Shown here: positions 60,005 through 64,000 of the stretch, piece after piece
Numbering within the stretch: the first letter of the stretch is position 1
How the letters are laid out: each line of letters begins with the position of its first letter
Source: an uncultured bacterium
GTDB taxonomy: Bacteria; Zixibacteria; MSB-5A5; CAIYYT01
Length of the DNA: 64,000 bases
Reading direction: 5' to 3'
NCBI GenBank assembly: GCA_963726455.1
Contig: CAVSCK010000003.1
Coordinates: 448,001 to 512,000 of the forward strand
Notes under the pieces: model-generated
What the model saw: the letters and a program-made list of their open reading frames with translations, nothing else
Told to the model about the DNA's origin: nothing
Databases searched by the model: none
Program-made: the position numbers and the translations under genes

Positions 60005-61832
60005 ATGAGTAAGAAGCCCAATGAAAGAGAGCTGATGCGAAAGGTCGGTGATGATGCCGCCGTGTCGGAGTCGTCGGTGCAGTCGCGTCCGGATGGCCCG
60101 GGCATTGACCGGGCTGAGTTCGAACAAATGCTGCTTGAGCTTTCCTCTGCATTCGCACACTTGCGCGCCGAACAGTTGGATATTGAAATCGGCAAATGGC
60201 TGCAGCGGATCGGCGAGTTCCTGCAACTGGATATGAATGTAATCTGGCAACCATGCCCCGACGGCCAGCACCTTAACGTTTCGCATTGCTGGACAGTTTC
60301 GGGGTCGGTGATCTTCCCGAACATCGTCTCGATAGCGGATATCCCCTGGCTGGCCGGCAAGCTTGGCCATGGTGAAACAGTCGTTTGTCATCGTATTGAT
60401 GATCTTCCTGCCGAAGCCGACAAGGAAAAGAAAATCCTCCGCGACAGAGGCGTCAAGTCAGTGGCAGGGATTCCGCTGTCGGTTGGGGGCATCAATGTCG
60501 GGGCCGTTAATTTTGGCACGCTTAGTGATGAACGCGAGTGGCCCGACTATCTGCTCAGACGATTGCAGTTGGTTGCGGAAATATTCGCTGGAGCACTCCT
60601 GCGCAGAACCACGCTTGAAGCCGTTCGCAACGAGAGAGACCGTGCCCAGCAGTATCTTGACATGGCGGGTACCATATTGATCGCTCTCGATCGAGGCGGC
60701 TGCGTTACCATGATAAATCAAAGAGGTTGCGAATTATTGGGATACACAGAAAGCGAGCTTATCGGCAAGGAATGGTTCGGAAATTTCCTGCCCAAGCACA
60801 TAGCCCGGGAAGTGAGAAGCACATTTGACCCACTGATGAGGGGTGAGAAGCAACCTGCCGAATATTACGAAAACTCAGTCCTCACCAAGAGCAGCGAAGA
60901 ACGACTGATAGCCTGGAACAACAGACTTCTGCACGACGGCTCCGGAAGAATTATCGGTACGTTAAGTTCGGGAGAGGATATAACTGAGCGAAGACAGATG
61001 TTGAGGGAGCTAAGAAAGAGCAAGGAAAGATTCGAACGGGTAGCTCAGCAAAGTCGTGAGATGGTTTGGGAAGTTGACGCCGACGGCCTGTTTACTTACG
61101 TGAGTCCGGCATCCGAGGCGATCCTTGGATATCGGCCGGAAGAGATGGTTGGCAAAATGCATTTCTACGATCTTCAGCCGACCGCCGAACGGGAGAAATT
61201 CAAAGCCGCATCGTTTCGTCAGATTACCAACCGCGAGTCGTTTCGCAATGACGTCAACCAAGCGGAAACCAAATCAGGCCGGATCGTCTGGTTCTTGACC
61301 AGCGGCGCGCCGGTGCTGGACGACCAGGGAAAGTTCACGGGTTATATCGGGTCTGACCTCGATATCACAGAGCGCGTACAGATGGAAGAGCGGCTCAAGG
61401 TCGAACGCGAGGAACTGACCGAGAAGAACATCGCACTAAAGCAGGTGCTCGACCATATCGAAAGAGAGCGGGCCAGCTTCCGACACGATATTAGTTCCGG
61501 CGTTGAAAACCTGCTGAAGCCAATCGTAGAGAAGCTAAAGAAGAAGCGGTGGCCAGTTAAGGGAACGCGAGATCGGCATAATGGAAGACGCCATTAACTC
61601 TATAATTGGCAAAGACATAGACAGCTTCACCAACAACCTGGCGAAACTGTCGCCACGCGAACGTGATGTCGCAGAGCTAATAAAGCAGGGACGGAGCTCA
61701 AAACAGATCGCGCAAGCTCTTAATATCGATGTGCTTACGGTACATAAACATCGCGACTCTATTCGCAGGAAACTGCAACTGAAGCACAAGGATCTGAACT
61801 TGACCAGCTTTCTCCGCTCCCACTGGCTTTAG
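60005..61832 (+). CDS. GAF-PAS-PAS-LuxR HTH regulator; +1 frameshift ~61545
   Basis: GAF domain; two PAS/PAC domains (GEDITER, DLDITER); LSPRERDVAELIKQGRSSKQIA..HRDSIRRKL in the shifted frame. Confidence 0.85.
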
Positions 61833-62117
61833 CAGACCAATACCTAATCCATACTCAATAATGCCACATTGCGGTTTGCTTTATCATTACGATAATTCTC
61901 CCTGGGCTAGTGGAGCTATCCGAGGAATACAGAGCTCTGTAACGAGGCATTATCGACGGAGATATGTTCTGACGAACAACGGCAATAATGCCTCGCCTCG
62001 CACTCATCGTAAATCACAAAATTTCACGCGGTAATTCGGCAGCTAGTACGAAGCGAACAGTTGATCGACGTTCAAATCGTGAAGTTCTAATAGCGATTTA
62101 ATCAGACAAGCAATAGA

Positions 62118-62142
62118 GCCCCCTCTCGACTTGAGAGGGGGC
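62118..62142 (-). terminator. Terminator hairpin after tldE
   Basis: GCCCCCTCTC-GACTT-GAGAGGGGGC. Confidence 0.6.
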
Positions 62143-62155
62143 TGTCAGACTGGGC

Positions 62156-63508
62156 CTAGAAATCTGTCTTACCGGAAAACTTGAATGATCCCAGATGCAG
62201 AGTGGGCACGGAAACGCAGCCGACCGAGCTCCACCAGGCGCCGATCAACTGTGTTTCTTTCGAGACAGCGACAGTCGATTTGAAAGCACGCATGATCGAA
62301 TCGGTAAATCGCAGATTCTTGACACCGCACTTGATCTCACCATTTTCGATCAGGAATGTACCGTCACGAGTCATGCCGGTAAGAACGGAATTGCGCGTGT
62401 CGATCAAGCCGTTGATGTAATGGAAGCGCGTAATCAGAATGCCGCGCTTGATACCTGAAATCATCTTGGCTTTGGGCACTGTGCCCGGCGCCAACGACAG
62501 GTTAAGCCCCATCGCACCGGCGGCGGCTTCGGTGGCAGGAAGTGCATGGCCGGTCGATTTGGTCTTGCCTTTGGCGGCAGACACAGAATCGAAGACCACT
62601 CCCTTGGCGACACCCTTGTCGATCAGTTTCACTTTCTTTTTGGGAACGCCCTCGAAATCAAACGGGAACGCAATCAACTTAGGATTGAGAGCATCATCAA
62701 AGATCGAAATCTTATCGGACGTAATTTTGCGACCAATCCGTCCCGCAAGGAACGACGTGCCCTGCTGATATGATTTCGATCCGAAGGCGATGTAGTTCAA
62801 CCATTCTAGCACTTCGGCGACGGCCGCCGGCTCCAGGACTACCTCATATTCCCCGGGTTCGATTTGCTGTGGATTCTGCGAAAGGCGGCACTTATCGACC
62901 GCGGTTTTGGCAAGAGCTGCGAAATCAAGATTGGCAACCTTGCGCGATACCGCCGACGCGTAGCCAGAGGACGTGTCGCCGGTGACCACCATATTGATAG
63001 TCGCTGAACTAACGGGCTGATAAGCACGCACACCGTGTGAACTCACGATGCCTATTTCGCCGCTACCGGTTGCCAGCGCGCCGGCGACAGAATAGCCGGC
63101 CTTGCTCGCAACGCTAATGATTTTCTGAACTGAGCGAGCACGTTGCATGGGCGTGTAGCTCGCCGTCGCTTTATCGAAGGTGTTCAGTTTCGCGTACTTG
63201 GCTTTCTTTGGCAGGCCGGGAAACTTCGGGTTGTCCGACTGGCTGCGGGCGATTACGATGGAGTTGTCGAGCGTCAGTTTGAGATCAGCATCCACAAGTG
63301 AATTAGTCGAAGCCACCCCGACTTTCTTTCCGATCACGGTTCGAAACAGGATGCGACAGTCGTTTTCGTACACATTCTGATGAATGTGGTTGTTGGCAAA
63401 TCGCGTCAAAGCGCTTTCATCGCCGATGTAGGCAATCTCGGTCTGGTCGGCTTGGGAATACGCGAGAATGGATTCCAGCTTCTTGAGGAGTTTCTCTTTG
63501 CCTATCAC
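62156..63508 (-). CDS. TldE/PmbA family protein
   Basis: TRFANNHIHQN, PGEYEVVLEP, FDFEGVP, TGHA and TGMTRDGTFLIENG motifs; GTG 63508 overlaps the tldD stop. Confidence 0.9.
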   Translation of the reverse strand: MIGKEKLLKKLESILAYSQADQTEIAYIGDESALTRFANNHIHQNVYENDCRILFRTVIGKKVGVASTNSLVDADLKLTLDNSIVIARSQSDNPKFPGLPKKAKYAKLNTFDKATASYTPMQRARSVQKIISVASKAGYSVAGALATGSGEIGIVSSHGVRAYQPVSSATINMVVTGDTSSGYASAVSRKVANLDFAALAKTAVDKCRLSQNPQQIEPGEYEVVLEPAAVAEVLEWLNYIAFGSKSYQQGTSFLAGRIGRKITSDKISIFDDALNPKLIAFPFDFEGVPKKKVKLIDKGVAKGVVFDSVSAAKGKTKSTGHALPATEAAAGAMGLNLSLAPGTVPKAKMISGIKRGILITRFHYINGLIDTRNSVLTGMTRDGTFLIENGEIKCGVKNLRFTDSIMRAFKSTVAVSKETQLIGAWWSSVGCVSVPTLHLGSFKFSGKTDF

Positions 63509-64000
63509 TTGCTCACCCCCACCTTGACGTTGCGGAATCGCGCCGGCGCGGTGCCGTGGGCGACGCGCGCGACTTGCATTGGTTCTCCCTTGCCGCAATT
63601 GGGTACTCCCCAGACATGCCAGTGATCTCGATTGCAGATGGCATCGCAGGAGTTCCAGAATTCAGGAGTGATACCGGTATAGACGGCGTTCTTGTACATT
63701 TGTCCCAGTTTGCCGTCCTTGATTTCCCAGGCGCACTCGACACCAAATTGGAAGTTCAGCCGCTTGTCATCGATCGACCAGCTCTTGTTCAGATCCAGGA
63801 AGATACCGCGCTGCGTGTCAGCAATCAGATTGTCGAGCGTCCACTCCCCCGGTTCGAGGTTAATATTGGTCATGCGGATAATCGGAATGCGATTCCATCC
63901 GTCGGCGCGCATGGCGCCATTGGAGCGCTGGTTAATGACGGGCGCCGTGTCTCTGCCGGTCAGATAGCCGACAAACATTCCATTCTCGATGATCGGCGTG
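63505..64000 (-). CDS. tldD: TldD family metalloprotease, C-terminal part (runs off the window)
   Basis: PIIRMTN, SWSIDDKRLNFQFG and CGKGEPMQ..VAHG motifs. Confidence 0.88.
   Translation of the reverse strand, partial: TPIIENGMFVGYLTGRDTAPVINQRSNGAMRADGWNRIPIIRMTNINLEPGEWTLDNLIADTQRGIFLDLNKSWSIDDKRLNFQFGVECAWEIKDGKLGQMYKNAVYTGITPEFWNSCDAICNRDHWHVWGVPNCGKGEPMQVARVAHGTAPARFRNVKVGVSK

Noticed and set aside
62156-64000. TldDE as maturation protease for a local peptide system
   Set aside because: Widespread housekeeping pair with no precursor or modifying enzyme adjacent.

Overview
Bacterial chromosome segment, moderately GC-rich, with no rRNA, tRNA, CRISPR array or transposase recognised. Three secreted proteins with C-terminal dockerin-like domains and a kinase-TolB_N-TPR protein suggest candidate phylum Zixibacteria (inference). 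From left to right: a divergent Zn-ribbon RuvB-like ATPase in lower-GC DNA just past lepA; a dockerin/TSP3 gene flanked by two 109-bp structured direct repeats; an 11-subunit complex I operon (nuoABCDHIJKLMN, no nuoEFG); DUF502, EIIA-CBS and TerC; a ~14-kb PAAR/DUF1795 locus in which one Ig-like+transthyretin-like module recurs three times, each time directly upstream of a different putative effector; a sigma-54 seven-gene lipid operon (reductase, lipid kinase, CdsA-like, Pcs-like, methyltransferase, small membrane protein, radical SAM-methyltransferase fusion); several signalling and secreted proteins; an HMG-CoA-lyase/CoA-transferase/LeuCD-like catabolic operon; a GAF-PAS-LuxR regulator; and tldE/tldD. 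At least eight +1 frameshifts in otherwise intact genes look like assembly errors. The best candidates for an undescribed system are the modular PAAR adaptor-cargo locus (19847-34149) and the lipid operon (34997-41832). All family calls come from motif recognition by eye; no searches were run.
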